From positions 1 to 64,000 of IMG/VR virus record IMGVR_UViG_3300025889_017816: DNA of 64,000 bases; one strand, 5' to 3'. The translations under genes were made by a program, and so were the position numbers. Below the pieces are notes generated by a model that saw only the letters and a list, made by a program, of their open reading frames with translations, was not told the origin of the DNA and made no database searches. Positions 8,855 through 18,544 of this stretch are shown one piece after another (position 1 is the first letter of the stretch; each line of letters opens with the position of its first letter). This DNA comes from a virus.

Positions 8855-9386
8855 TTCTTACTGCCATCCTAGCTAAAAGTTTTTGTCTGTTCCTTTTTAT
8901 CTTGTCTAACTCCATTTTTAATTTGAAATTAGAAGCATGATGTGTGAAATTTATTCCCATCATATGGTCATACTCATGAAGTATGATTCGTGCAACAACT
9001 CCTTTCGCCTCAGCTATTTGTGATTCTCCTTTAACATCCTGAAACCTGATTACAACTTCAGCAGGTCTTTTTAAAGATAACACTAAATCAGGAAAACTCA
9101 AGCACCCCTCAGACATTGTGGTGATTTCTTTACTAGCTCCCACAACTACAGGATTAAACATCACCTGTTTTTCTGTTTCATTACCAAAAACAAAAACCTT
9201 GTATGGTAATCCTACTTGATTTGCTGACAATCCAACACCACCTAACTGGATCATTTTATTGTATAGAACCTCAAATAATTCTTCAGCCTTATCTCCATCT
9301 TTTTCAAAATCAAATTCTGGAGGAGGTGAAGACATTACAGGATCAGCAAAATGTATTAATTGTAATTCATCAATATTGAAATTCAT
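8844..9386 (-). CDS. def: Peptide deformylase
   Basis: GVGLSANQVG, EGCLS, HEYDH. Confidence 0.95.
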   Translation of the reverse strand: MNFNIDELQLIHFADPVMSSPPPEFDFEKDGDKAEELFEVLYNKMIQLGGVGLSANQVGLPYKVFVFGNETEKQVMFNPVVVGASKEITTMSEGCLSFPDLVLSLKRPAEVVIRFQDVKGESQIAEAKGVVARIILHEYDHMMGINFTHHASNFKLKMELDKIKRNRQKLLARMAVRNGR

Positions 9387-9396
9387 CTTATCACCT

Positions 9397-11109
9397 TTAT
9401 GCGATTACGGAAAAGTTTTGCTTCTTCACAAATTTAACTACATGATGGAACTTGTCAAATAGTTGATCTCCTTTATGAGAAATCACCCAAATGTTTGTTC
9501 CTTCTCCCAACGTGTTTAATAGTGTTAACACATATTCTGTTGCTGCATTATCTAAACTGCTATCAAAAACCTCATCCAAAATTAATAGGTTAGTGCTTGC
9601 ACTATTCTTTAGCTTTGCTATTGTTCTCCATGTAAACAACAAAGCTAAATCTATTCTTTGTTTTTCACCTTCACTAAAACTATCATAACTGAATTCATCC
9701 CTGTGCCGAGATTTAATTACTTCCTTGAAATTTTCATCTAGATTAAACTGAACAAAGAAGTCCATTGACGTTAAATATTTATTTACTAATTTATTAATGA
9801 TTGGCAAATATTTTTTTATAATCTTTGTTTTGATACCTGTGTCCTTCAATAGGACAGAAGCAATTTCATAGTAGTCCGAAGTTTCATTTAACTCTACTTT
9901 CTTGCCTATAATTTGCATTGTATCTTTTGCTAAAGATACTAATTTGCTTTTTTCTGTATCAATATTACCAACCTTCTTTTGAATATCATCCTTCTCTAAC
10001 TCCAACCTTTGAAGATATCTTTCATTGGTAATAATATCATTTTTATTTTCATTTATTTTTTCATTTAAAGAATCAACTTCTTTAAGTGTTTTGTTTATAG
10101 CTGATATTCTTTGTTCAAGAATTTCTTTTTCTTTTTGTATATCTTGTATATTAGATTTTATTTTTTCAAGATCGGTTTGTTGTTCTTTAATAATATCAAC
10201 TTTGAATTCGTGTTCTATTCCTTGTTTACATTTAGGACAAGTATCATTATCATGATAAAAAGAAATGTCCTTTTCTATCTTAGAATAATTCCTTTCAAAA
10301 TCTTTAATGTCATTCATCACCACATTAATACTGTTTATTATATCATTTTGATCTTTGATAGAATCTAAAGCAGTAAACTTTTGGTCATTCAACTGAGCCA
10401 AAGAAGATTTCATAACCTGAACATCATTTAGTATGGAAACTATCTTTTCTTCTATATCTTTTATTTTAGCTTCCCTGTCATCTTCTAAAGTTTTGATATA
10501 CTCTTCTTGTAACTTAGCTTTATTTTTTGCCAATGAAATGTCGTTCTCAATAACCTGTAGATTATTTTTTAATTCATTTATTTTTTCTTTTAATACAAGA
10601 TTCATTGATGAAAAAATTCTAATATCTAAAATGTCCTCAATAATATCTCGACGAGCGCCTGTAGGTAATTGCATGAAAGGTGTGAACGAAGCAGAACCTA
10701 GAATTACAATCTGCGTAAAAGATTTATAATTTAATTTTAAAATTCCTTCTTCTAGATATTTTTGATAATCTCTAGTAGCAGAATTTTGATCTATCATAGT
10801 ATTGTTAATCCAAATTTCAAATTTATTTGGTTTAATACCACGAACAATTTTATAGTGTCTGCCTCCTATACTAAATTCAATTTCTACCAAACAACCTTTA
10901 CCATTAATAGAATTAACTAATTGAGGTTTATTGATATTACGATATGGTTTACCAAACAATGCAAAACAAATTGCATCCAATAAGGTACTTTTGCCGCTAC
11001 CATTCTCCCCAACTATTAATGTAGTGGGTCGTTTATCTAATTTTATCTCCGTGAAATTATTTCCTGTTGAAAGGAAATTTTTCCATCTTACAGTTTTAAA
11101 ATGAATCAT
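9397..11109 (-). CDS. gp46: Recombination endonuclease subunit, SbcC/Rad50-like
   Basis: GENGSGKST, CPKC zinc hook, FSEGEK, LDEVFD, ISH. Confidence 0.97.
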   Translation of the reverse strand: MIHFKTVRWKNFLSTGNNFTEIKLDKRPTTLIVGENGSGKSTLLDAICFALFGKPYRNINKPQLVNSINGKGCLVEIEFSIGGRHYKIVRGIKPNKFEIWINNTMIDQNSATRDYQKYLEEGILKLNYKSFTQIVILGSASFTPFMQLPTGARRDIIEDILDIRIFSSMNLVLKEKINELKNNLQVIENDISLAKNKAKLQEEYIKTLEDDREAKIKDIEEKIVSILNDVQVMKSSLAQLNDQKFTALDSIKDQNDIINSINVVMNDIKDFERNYSKIEKDISFYHDNDTCPKCKQGIEHEFKVDIIKEQQTDLEKIKSNIQDIQKEKEILEQRISAINKTLKEVDSLNEKINENKNDIITNERYLQRLELEKDDIQKKVGNIDTEKSKLVSLAKDTMQIIGKKVELNETSDYYEIASVLLKDTGIKTKIIKKYLPIINKLVNKYLTSMDFFVQFNLDENFKEVIKSRHRDEFSYDSFSEGEKQRIDLALLFTWRTIAKLKNSASTNLLILDEVFDSSLDNAATEYVLTLLNTLGEGTNIWVISHKGDQLFDKFHHVVKFVKKQNFSVIA

Positions 11110-12146
11110 ATCTCTAAATTCTGCGCTTCCACATAAAGAGTTTTCAATAAGGTTTTAATCTTTTCTTTATCTAATGTTGATTCTGTGCTATCAACATAAT
11201 CAGATAATAAAGTAACCGTGTCCTCTACATTAATATTATCATCAAGTGCGTCTGATTCAAATTCAGAAAAATCTTCATGAATTGTCAACTCTAAAACATC
11301 ATTAGCATATAATCCATCAATGAATTTATCAAATTTATGATAATCAGTTTTATGAACAACAGTTACCTTAACACAACATTCACTAAAATCTGAAGGTTTA
11401 GGTAAAGGCTTCCTGTCATCATAATGTATCTTTTTGAAAATAATATTTGGATTTTGAATAAAAGAAATTTCAGAAGTTTGTAAATCTAAAACATGAAATC
11501 CTCTTGGATCATCAAAATCATTCCATGTGAACCCATAAGGACTCCCCAAATAATAAATGTTGTCGTCTGTATTTCTATGATGGAAATGTCCTGTCAATAC
11601 CATTTCATAATCTTTTAATAGATTGCGATTTAATCCATGGTCGTTCTTAACACCACGAAACATATAAAATCCTTCTATTTCAAAATGCCCAAAGCAATAT
11701 CTTGTTGATTGTTTCAAAACTTCCATACACTCATCATAATTGTCTGAGCATATCCATGGGACAAAAGAACAAGATTGATTGTCTATTTCTTGGATGATGG
11801 GTTTTTCTAATATTTCTATGTTAGGATATTGGCGTAATAAAAGATCCAATGAATTAACTTCATTCGTGTTCTTATAATAAGTATCATGATTACCAATAAT
11901 AATTTTCATGTCAATCTCTAATTCCTGCAAAGGCTCAAAGAAATATTTCTTTGCTGACTTTAGAGTATTGAAATTAATATATTTTCTTCTGTCGAACACA
12001 TCACCTAGATGTATTAAAGTTTTAATTTTATTTTCTTCCATAAAGGGAAAGAATGTATTCTCATAAAACTTTTTAAAGAAACTATCAAAATTTTGTGAAT
12101 CGTTTCTAGCACCAAAATGTGTGTCTGCTAATATTGCAACACGCAT
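11106..12146 (-). CDS. gp47: Recombination nuclease subunit, SbcD/Mre11-like
   Basis: DTHFG, LGDVFDRRK, GNHD, GHFH. Confidence 0.97.
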   Translation of the reverse strand: MRVAILADTHFGARNDSQNFDSFFKKFYENTFFPFMEENKIKTLIHLGDVFDRRKYINFNTLKSAKKYFFEPLQELEIDMKIIIGNHDTYYKNTNEVNSLDLLLRQYPNIEILEKPIIQEIDNQSCSFVPWICSDNYDECMEVLKQSTRYCFGHFEIEGFYMFRGVKNDHGLNRNLLKDYEMVLTGHFHHRNTDDNIYYLGSPYGFTWNDFDDPRGFHVLDLQTSEISFIQNPNIIFKKIHYDDRKPLPKPSDFSECCVKVTVVHKTDYHKFDKFIDGLYANDVLELTIHEDFSEFESDALDDNINVEDTVTLLSDYVDSTESTLDKEKIKTLLKTLYVEAQNLEI

Positions 12147-12148
12147 TT

Positions 12149-12610
12149 TTAAATCCTATAGATTGCTGAGTTTGCGCCATGTTCTTTTACTTCACAAGAA
12201 ACACAAAAAACCCGTCCGTTAGTTAAATTCTGTACTAGATGATTTGCAGTATGAAAGGCGTGTTCAGCAAACTTTTCACAACCAACTCCATCCATGATTA
12301 TAACTTTAGCTAGCCCATCCTCTTCAAGTTTCATTAGTCTACTTAAACTAGGATCTTCACGATCTAATATTAGAGTATGATCAAAATTCTGTTCAAGCCA
12401 AGATTTTAATTGTTTAAGACCGCCAAAATCCATAACCCAATTTTTATTATCTAAGATGTGACACCCAAAAACAAATGAAAAACTTAGTGCATAACCATGA
12501 AGTAAAGAACAATGGCTATGATTTGCGTTCGGTTGACGGAAAACACACGACAATCCTTGTTCATGTCCATATGTTTTTGTAGAAAAATATTTAAAAGATT
12601 GCATATTCAT
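12149..12610 (-). CDS. queD: 6-carboxy-5,6,7,8-tetrahydropterin synthase
   Basis: CSLLHGY, WVMDFG.LK, FDH, E.FA, EH..NSA. Confidence 0.9.
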   Translation of the reverse strand: MNMQSFKYFSTKTYGHEQGLSCVFRQPNANHSHCSLLHGYALSFSFVFGCHILDNKNWVMDFGGLKQLKSWLEQNFDHTLILDREDPSLSRLMKLEEDGLAKVIIMDGVGCEKFAEHAFHTANHLVQNLTNGRVFCVSCEVKEHGANSAIYRI

Positions 12611-13704
12611 TTCAGTACCTCACAAAGTTTATCGCAAGAAAAATAATTTTCCCTTAAGAAATCTCTATTCTTTTCAATCTTATCGCCATACTTATCAAAA
12701 TTATTCATCATATGTTTAATTTTTTCAACTAAGTTAACCTTACTTTTTTGAAATTTTGAAAAAGAAGAAGTCCAATCATACGGGTACATAAAAGAGTCAT
12801 CATACATTTCTGTATATGACAAACGATTTGGAACCAAAGGAATACCCCCTGCTTCTAAAATTTCATAACAACTAATACCTAAAGTCTCTTGTAAGTTTGC
12901 TGAGAATACCATCTTTGCTCTACCCAAAAGATCATAGTATTCCTCCTTTTTTAAATTATTTTCCTGTGCAAACACAAAAGTATATTCTGGCATTTCCTTT
13001 TTTAGTTCACGAAATATTTCTGGTTGTTTTTCAGGAGCTATTCTGTGTGGGAATACAATAATATCTTCTTTTTCTTTTTTTGATAATAACATAGAATATT
13101 GTGTATATTCCATAGGCCAACCAGTTCTTACTATTTTATTGCCTGGCTTATAACGAATTTTTCCTGTTCGTATATCTGTGTCAAGAAGATTATTTAAAAA
13201 TAATTCAATATGAAAATCCGAAGCAAAATAATTATGATTTATTGCTTCAAACAACCCCTTTTCAATATGTCGTAACCAAGGTACATATTTTTTTGCTTTT
13301 GTTTGGTCGATTGTTCTACCAAGAAAATCATGTGGATCATAACTGCCTGCATGCCAAAGAGCATGAATTTTTATATTCGCCTTTAACAAGTCAGCCATAT
13401 ATTTTAAATTTATAATACCTGGATGCCATGCGTCTGCAAAAACAAAATGGTCACCATCTTTAACATCACCCGAATGAAACAATCTTGCTAATGTATCTAC
13501 TTGTGCTGCTTTGTATATGTTCGTAGCAGCAAAATTCAAGAAAGCACCTTTAGTTGTTTCTCCACCACCCAAAGTATTTAAATCAGGGCCATCAATAACT
13601 TTTACTTCATGATTAGTTTTTTCTTTAAGAATCTTAGGGAAATGAGTTTTCCATTCTTTTGTATATCTAGATTCAACAGATTCTAAATCAATTAAGTATA
13701 TCAT
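12607..13704 (-). CDS. GT-B (GT1/GT4-like) glycosyltransferase
   Basis: FPHRIAPEKQ and LQETLGISCYE (Ex7E) donor-binding motifs; start ATG 13704 overlaps the upstream stop (ATGA). Confidence 0.8.
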   Translation of the reverse strand: MIYLIDLESVESRYTKEWKTHFPKILKEKTNHEVKVIDGPDLNTLGGGETTKGAFLNFAATNIYKAAQVDTLARLFHSGDVKDGDHFVFADAWHPGIINLKYMADLLKANIKIHALWHAGSYDPHDFLGRTIDQTKAKKYVPWLRHIEKGLFEAINHNYFASDFHIELFLNNLLDTDIRTGKIRYKPGNKIVRTGWPMEYTQYSMLLSKKEKEDIIVFPHRIAPEKQPEIFRELKKEMPEYTFVFAQENNLKKEEYYDLLGRAKMVFSANLQETLGISCYEILEAGGIPLVPNRLSYTEMYDDSFMYPYDWTSSFSKFQKSKVNLVEKIKHMMNNFDKYGDKIEKNRDFLRENYFSCDKLCEVLK

Positions 13705-14066
13705 GCGAACCACAGGTTTCTTAAAACAGCACCATTTTCACCATCTTCACTAACACTGACTTCCACATAACGATTAGGATAGGCACCTTCGATATAAAGC
13801 ATTAACTCTTCAGCTAACATTTCACAAGATTTGAAATCAACTTCAAATACCCCTTTGTATAGACTTTCCAATTCTCTCTTGAAAAGAATGAATTCAATAT
13901 CTCTATCATTATGATTCACTGATACACGAACTCTGAAATGAAACATATGTCTGTGTGGGTGACCCAAAAAAGAAACTTCTTCTAATTTAGGATCTTCCAA
14001 TGCTGCTGGATAACGATGTATACCTTCTTTTTGAAAGGTAACCTCAATAAATCTTTTAACGCCCAT
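13701..14066 (-). CDS. QueD-paralogous T-fold protein, DpdL-like (predicted 7-carboxy-7-deazaguanine decarboxylase)
   Basis: LGHPHRHMF (LxxxHRHxF), SCEMLA, VSEDGENGA; located between dpdA and queD. Confidence 0.7.
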   Translation of the reverse strand: MGVKRFIEVTFQKEGIHRYPAALEDPKLEEVSFLGHPHRHMFHFRVRVSVNHNDRDIEFILFKRELESLYKGVFEVDFKSCEMLAEELMLYIEGAYPNRYVEVSVSEDGENGAVLRNLWFA

Positions 14067-14075
14067 AATAAACTC

Positions 14076-15344
14076 CTATAGTAAATCCAAAGTTGCTGGA
14101 AGACCATCATTGAGAGATTGTGAAGGGACCGAAGATCTTCCTATCCCATTTTCCCAATAAACATAATCCTCACGATTTTTTATTTTACTAAAACTATCCA
14201 TCGCCTTATACATTTTATCGCCTATAATTTTCTCTGCTAATATAAAATCATTTGCTACAGTATTCAAGTGATTAATAAAGTTAATGGTTGAACCCATGAA
14301 ATAGGCATTAAAAGAAAGAATAGGTGGATTAGGGTCTCCTGTTTTCTTTTGAAATCTTCTAACACTTTCATTCATTGTGTAATGAAACAATTCATCTTCC
14401 ATATCCCATTCAGGATAATGTCTCTTGACATCTTCATTAATGACAGAATACATTGGTCCGTCGTTTGTTGTGAATTCCTTCCCAGGAGTAATCCATGTAA
14501 AGTCAGGACCGTAATATCTTCCCATCTGCACACCTGATGTATGTGTGGTACTATCATAGCTAACAAGAATGTCCTTATATAACCCTGCTCTTATCATAGC
14601 AAGAGTAGGAATCATTCTTGAAACTGAACCAACACCTAGAAGATGAACATGATTAACCTTTTCGAACAAAGGGAGCTGTGTGAAAAAGAAAGCTCTTCTA
14701 CAATCTTCTAAAGCGCCTGTTCCCATACCAGCAGAACCCATGGCAACACCACCTATATGTCCATGTAATTCTTCAGGAATTTCTTCTAATGCATATTCAG
14801 TCCAACGAATATAGGTATCAAGATCATGGCCTTGAACAATGAAAAAAGGTTTAGCTTCAGAATTTTTATTGATAAAGGTTTGTATTTGATCTCTAACATT
14901 TCTCCCAGATTCTCGTGCACACCATTCAAACTTGCTTCTATCAAAATACTTGTTTGTGATATCACCTCTTGTTGCTCTGTCAGCTAAAAGAGAAACAGGA
15001 ATTTCATCAAAGCTCATTGCATAATCTGAATACTCTGCTTGACTTGCATATACCTGTTGTTTTAATTCTGGAGTAATAGAAAGACCAAGGGTGATCATTT
15101 GTAGACCACCTGAATCTGCATATACTTTATTAATACCTTTGTTTCGATATTTACCGTAAAATACTTCACCAAAATGTTTTTCTACATGAGCATTGTAAAG
15201 AAAAGAAAACTCATGATTATGTTTACCACGAATGGTAGCCCATAAATCATTTAACTTACCCAGAAGTTCTCCTGTGTGTGTATCTTTAAAATTGCATCTT
15301 AGAAAAGACAATCCTGAAGCAACATATTCGAATTGTGCTTTCAT
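14076..15344 (-). CDS. dpdA: DNA-guanine transglycosylase (TGT fold, DpdA family)
   Basis: ADSGGLQ, SFDEIP, IVQG, HLLGVG, YDSTT catalytic motifs; embedded in the que cluster. Confidence 0.85.
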   Translation of the reverse strand: MKAQFEYVASGLSFLRCNFKDTHTGELLGKLNDLWATIRGKHNHEFSFLYNAHVEKHFGEVFYGKYRNKGINKVYADSGGLQMITLGLSITPELKQQVYASQAEYSDYAMSFDEIPVSLLADRATRGDITNKYFDRSKFEWCARESGRNVRDQIQTFINKNSEAKPFFIVQGHDLDTYIRWTEYALEEIPEELHGHIGGVAMGSAGMGTGALEDCRRAFFFTQLPLFEKVNHVHLLGVGSVSRMIPTLAMIRAGLYKDILVSYDSTTHTSGVQMGRYYGPDFTWITPGKEFTTNDGPMYSVINEDVKRHYPEWDMEDELFHYTMNESVRRFQKKTGDPNPPILSFNAYFMGSTINFINHLNTVANDFILAEKIIGDKMYKAMDSFSKIKNREDYVYWENGIGRSSVPSQSLNDGLPATLDLL

Positions 15345-15844
15345 GAATTGAGTATCCTTAATAAGTGTTTAGTTTGATGTAATGCATCTTCAAGAGCATT
15401 ATGATAATTTTGTGTTCTGTCTTCTTCTGGAATTTTGATAAGTTCTTTAATTGTTCGATAACATCTATCATCCCAATATTTCCAAGGTCTAATCATACCT
15501 ACTGCTTTGAAAGCATTATCTAAAATTACATTATCAAATCCTGCCCCACAACCCCAAGTAGGTAGAGAAATATTTCCATACCATTCACTGAAGTTATTAA
15601 GTGCATCTTTCAATGAGACATTGTTTTTTCTTAATTCTTCAAAAACGTGTTTAGGTTGTTGGCTCCACCAATAAACCGTATCTTTGGAAACATGAAGACC
15701 ATATTTCTTACAATCTAATACATCGACTGTGCAGTAAAATTGATCAAGAATTCCACCATCAAAAGAAAATTTTACTGCTCCTATAGAACATATAGCTGCA
15801 TTAGATTCCGTACTCATGGTCTCTAAGTCAATCATTACGTCCAT
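15341..15844 (-). CDS. DEDDh 3'-5' exonuclease
   Basis: MIDLET, FDNVIL, HNALEDA. Confidence 0.88.
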   Translation of the reverse strand: MDVMIDLETMSTESNAAICSIGAVKFSFDGGILDQFYCTVDVLDCKKYGLHVSKDTVYWWSQQPKHVFEELRKNNVSLKDALNNFSEWYGNISLPTWGCGAGFDNVILDNAFKAVGMIRPWKYWDDRCYRTIKELIKIPEEDRTQNYHNALEDALHQTKHLLRILNS

Positions 15845-15846
15845 AA

Positions 15847-16548
15847 TTATTCCTTGATTAGTGTCATGAACTCCTGACGAAGTGCTTGATCACGGAAACC
15901 ACCACCCAACTTGGAGGTGATAGTTCTAGAATGAGGATCTTGAATTCCTCTTGCCTTTACACAGAAATGATCGGCATCAATAACAACTGCAACATCAATG
16001 GTCCCAAGAATATAACTCAAAGCATGATAAACCTGTTCGGTTAATCTTTCTTGAATTTGAGGACGCCTTGAAAAATATTCCACAATTCTATTTAACTTAG
16101 AAAGTCCAATTACTTTCTCAGATGGAATATATGCAACATGAGCAACACCATTAATAGTTACGAAATGATGTTCACAAACAGAAGTAACATTGATGTTTTT
16201 TGATAATACCATTTCATCATACATCATTTTATTATCTACTGTAGTGCATTTAGGAAATGCAGATATATTCAATCCTGAAAATAATTCGTTCACGAACATC
16301 TTTGCAACTCGTTTCGGAGAGTCTTGCAAAGAGTCATCAGTAAGATCTAAGCCTAAAGTTTTCATAATATCAGAAAAACTTTTCTCTATCTTCTTAACCT
16401 TTTTGTCAGAAAAATCATCAGTTTCAAAAAAAGGAGTTTCAACACCTAAAGAAGCAAGATGCTTATGTACACGTTGACCTAAATCAGGATCACACTTCTC
16501 TAGTGCATTACGAAGAGCTACGGCATTATATTTGTGTTGCGATTTCAT
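15847..16548 (-). CDS. folE: GTP cyclohydrolase I
   Basis: CEHHF, GLSKLNR, RRPQIQERLT, HFCVKARG; start ATG 16548 behind GGAGG. Confidence 0.97.
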   Translation of the reverse strand: MKSQHKYNAVALRNALEKCDPDLGQRVHKHLASLGVETPFFETDDFSDKKVKKIEKSFSDIMKTLGLDLTDDSLQDSPKRVAKMFVNELFSGLNISAFPKCTTVDNKMMYDEMVLSKNINVTSVCEHHFVTINGVAHVAYIPSEKVIGLSKLNRIVEYFSRRPQIQERLTEQVYHALSYILGTIDVAVVIDADHFCVKARGIQDPHSRTITSKLGGGFRDQALRQEFMTLIKE

Positions 16549-16549
16549 T

Positions 16550-17464
16550 TTACCTCCCAATAACGTTGCCAAAAACGTAGCAGTGATTTCTTGTAGCTAC
16601 ATTGTACCCTCTATTCATTGCTTCAATAGCAATGTTTCCTATATCCTCTCTTTCCTGTGAATCTTTTGTAGCTCCAACAGGCATGACCCATACATTAGGC
16701 ATAGGGAAAGGATCAAACTTTAATCTAATATTATTTAGGTGTTTGTCAAGTTCTAACCAGTTGTTTATTGTTCCATTACATACAAATTTAAGTATACTTG
16801 TTACACCATAACTCAAAGTAGAATATGAATGAATTATTTCGGGGTCTACTACATTTTGCTCACCCGATACTGTGAATAATTTAGGACTCATTGCAAAATG
16901 CCAACGCCTACCTCCTAAATCACGAAAGCCACCTGGTCTAGTTAAGAATTCTTTTAATTCATCTGTTATGGTTTTTGTAGCATTAGTTTCAACCGTAACA
17001 ATTTCAGGCATATTATTTCTTGCTTTCAATTCTTTAATAATTTCTATCATTGCCTTTTGTTGCATCATAGGTTCACCACCTGTAAAGCAAAGCATGATAG
17101 GTTGATGGGTTAAAGGATGAACAAACAAACCCTCAGGATTATGTTCACTTTTATTTGTTTCTACTAAACGGTCGCAGATAGATTCGACTGTACCATCATT
17201 TGCAAGATGCTTATATTTTACTGACCATGAATAAGAACTATCACAACCAGTTGTCCACACAGGTAATTGTTTCACATCATTAATTCCAGATCCATCAAAA
17301 TCCATATAAGGTAAAACATAACTGGATGGATCAGTTGGGTCTTGTTGACCAAAACCATTACAATTTAAATTACAACCAAAAAAACGAAGCCAAACTGCTG
17401 GGTAACCAGACAGCTCCGCTTCGCCTTGGAAAGAATAAAATATTTCTGAATAACGAATTCTCAT
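16550..17464 (-). CDS. queE: 7-carboxy-7-deazaguanine synthase (radical SAM)
   Basis: EIFYSFQGE, RFFGCNLNC...GCDS, FTGGEP, ETN, SPKL. Confidence 0.93.
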   Translation of the reverse strand: MRIRYSEIFYSFQGEAELSGYPAVWLRFFGCNLNCNGFGQQDPTDPSSYVLPYMDFDGSGINDVKQLPVWTTGCDSSYSWSVKYKHLANDGTVESICDRLVETNKSEHNPEGLFVHPLTHQPIMLCFTGGEPMMQQKAMIEIIKELKARNNMPEIVTVETNATKTITDELKEFLTRPGGFRDLGGRRWHFAMSPKLFTVSGEQNVVDPEIIHSYSTLSYGVTSILKFVCNGTINNWLELDKHLNNIRLKFDPFPMPNVWVMPVGATKDSQEREDIGNIAIEAMNRGYNVATRNHCYVFGNVIGR

Positions 17465-17490
17465 AACAACCTCATATCAAAAGACAAATA

Positions 17491-17519
17491 AATTTAACAA
17501 AAAATATTTAAAAAATCAA
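17491..17519 (-). promoter_or_regulatory. Sigma70-type promoter heading the deazaguanine operon
   Basis: TTGATT-17 nt-TAAATT with extended -10 TG. Confidence 0.6.
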
Positions 17520-17523
17520 GTAC

Positions 17524-18120
17524 TTAATAATCCAATTCTAAAATATTTTCTTGTTCCTCTTCTTCTATAGAAATTGGAACATAATCATCTTCTAACTTCT
17601 GTAAGTATTTAGGTTTCCTCTTTATGCTACTTTCCTTTGTGTCAGAAGTTTCTTCTTTGGCAAGAGTTGCTTGTTGCTTTAGATACTTCAGAAAGTTAAC
17701 ATCATAAGTACCTTCATCATGGATTTGTCTTATAAGGTTATCCATATCCATGGATTCAATATACTTGTATTTGGTTTGAAGTTGTCTTTTTTCTTTTTGA
17801 ATTCTACGAACAAACGCATAATAGGAAATCTGCGTGAAATATGCAAAGGGATTGCTTGATTTGTTCGGATCAAAATTATGCATATAAGTTAAGCAATTTT
17901 CTATTGCATCAAGTACCATTTCGTCACGAAAGGTATAATTAATAAAATTGCTTTTATATGCTAGATGATTTGCAATCTTGATAAAACAATCACCTATATA
18001 ATCTGGAACAATTGGTCTTTCTTCTCCCGCTGCTTCTGCAATTGAAACTTCTTCTTTGTATGCTACCATAGCAGAAAGAAATTCCTTGTTGTTCACATAA
18101 TGTTTACTCTCATCTTTCAT
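17524..18120 (-). CDS. gp55: Late-transcription sigma factor
   Basis: HYVNNKEF, NFINYT, NPFAYFTQI, AFVRRIQKEK. Confidence 0.97.
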   Translation of the reverse strand: MKDESKHYVNNKEFLSAMVAYKEEVSIAEAAGEERPIVPDYIGDCFIKIANHLAYKSNFINYTFRDEMVLDAIENCLTYMHNFDPNKSSNPFAYFTQISYYAFVRRIQKEKRQLQTKYKYIESMDMDNLIRQIHDEGTYDVNFLKYLKQQATLAKEETSDTKESSIKRKPKYLQKLEDDYVPISIEEEEQENILELDY

Positions 18121-18544
18121 GATCTATTTCATCCTCATTAATAATATACACATTTCCACTGGGACTTAATTCTTCTAATAGAGAATGTATTGCTCTTCTA
18201 TCTGCTTGTCTCTGTTTGGTTTCATGAGTGTGTTCTATGTAATTGATATATTGCTCACGAACCTCATTTTTTTGGTCGCCAATGGTTAAAATAATATCCG
18301 TACTTACTGTAAATTCTTCTGTATCACTTAAACCAATCCAAGGACGAAGTAGGTAGGTTTCACCCACAATCATATTACCTTGTCTTTTTTCTTGTTGTCC
18401 TACAACTTGAACAGGCTCAATTAATCCTATATGTGTTTCTGATGCTAAAGATTTTACGTCTCTATCCATAGCACATAAAATAAATTCTCCTGTTTTCAAC
18501 TTAACAATTTTACAAAAACTGTTTTCTAAAGCCGCTCTATCCAT
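18110..18544 (-). CDS. Conserved T4-like hypothetical protein between uvsW and gp55
   Basis: KLKTGE.I, L.PWI motif; overlaps both neighbours. Confidence 0.65.
   Translation of the reverse strand: MDRAALENSFCKIVKLKTGEFILCAMDRDVKSLASETHIGLIEPVQVVGQQEKRQGNMIVGETYLLRPWIGLSDTEEFTVSTDIILTIGDQKNEVREQYINYIEHTHETKQRQADRRAIHSLLEELSPSGNVYIINEDEIDHER

Noticed and set aside
14076-15344. tRNA-guanine transglycosylase for queuosine
   Set aside because: It lacks the C-terminal CxCxxC zinc site of bacterial Tgt, and queA/queF/queG are absent; the context fits DpdA
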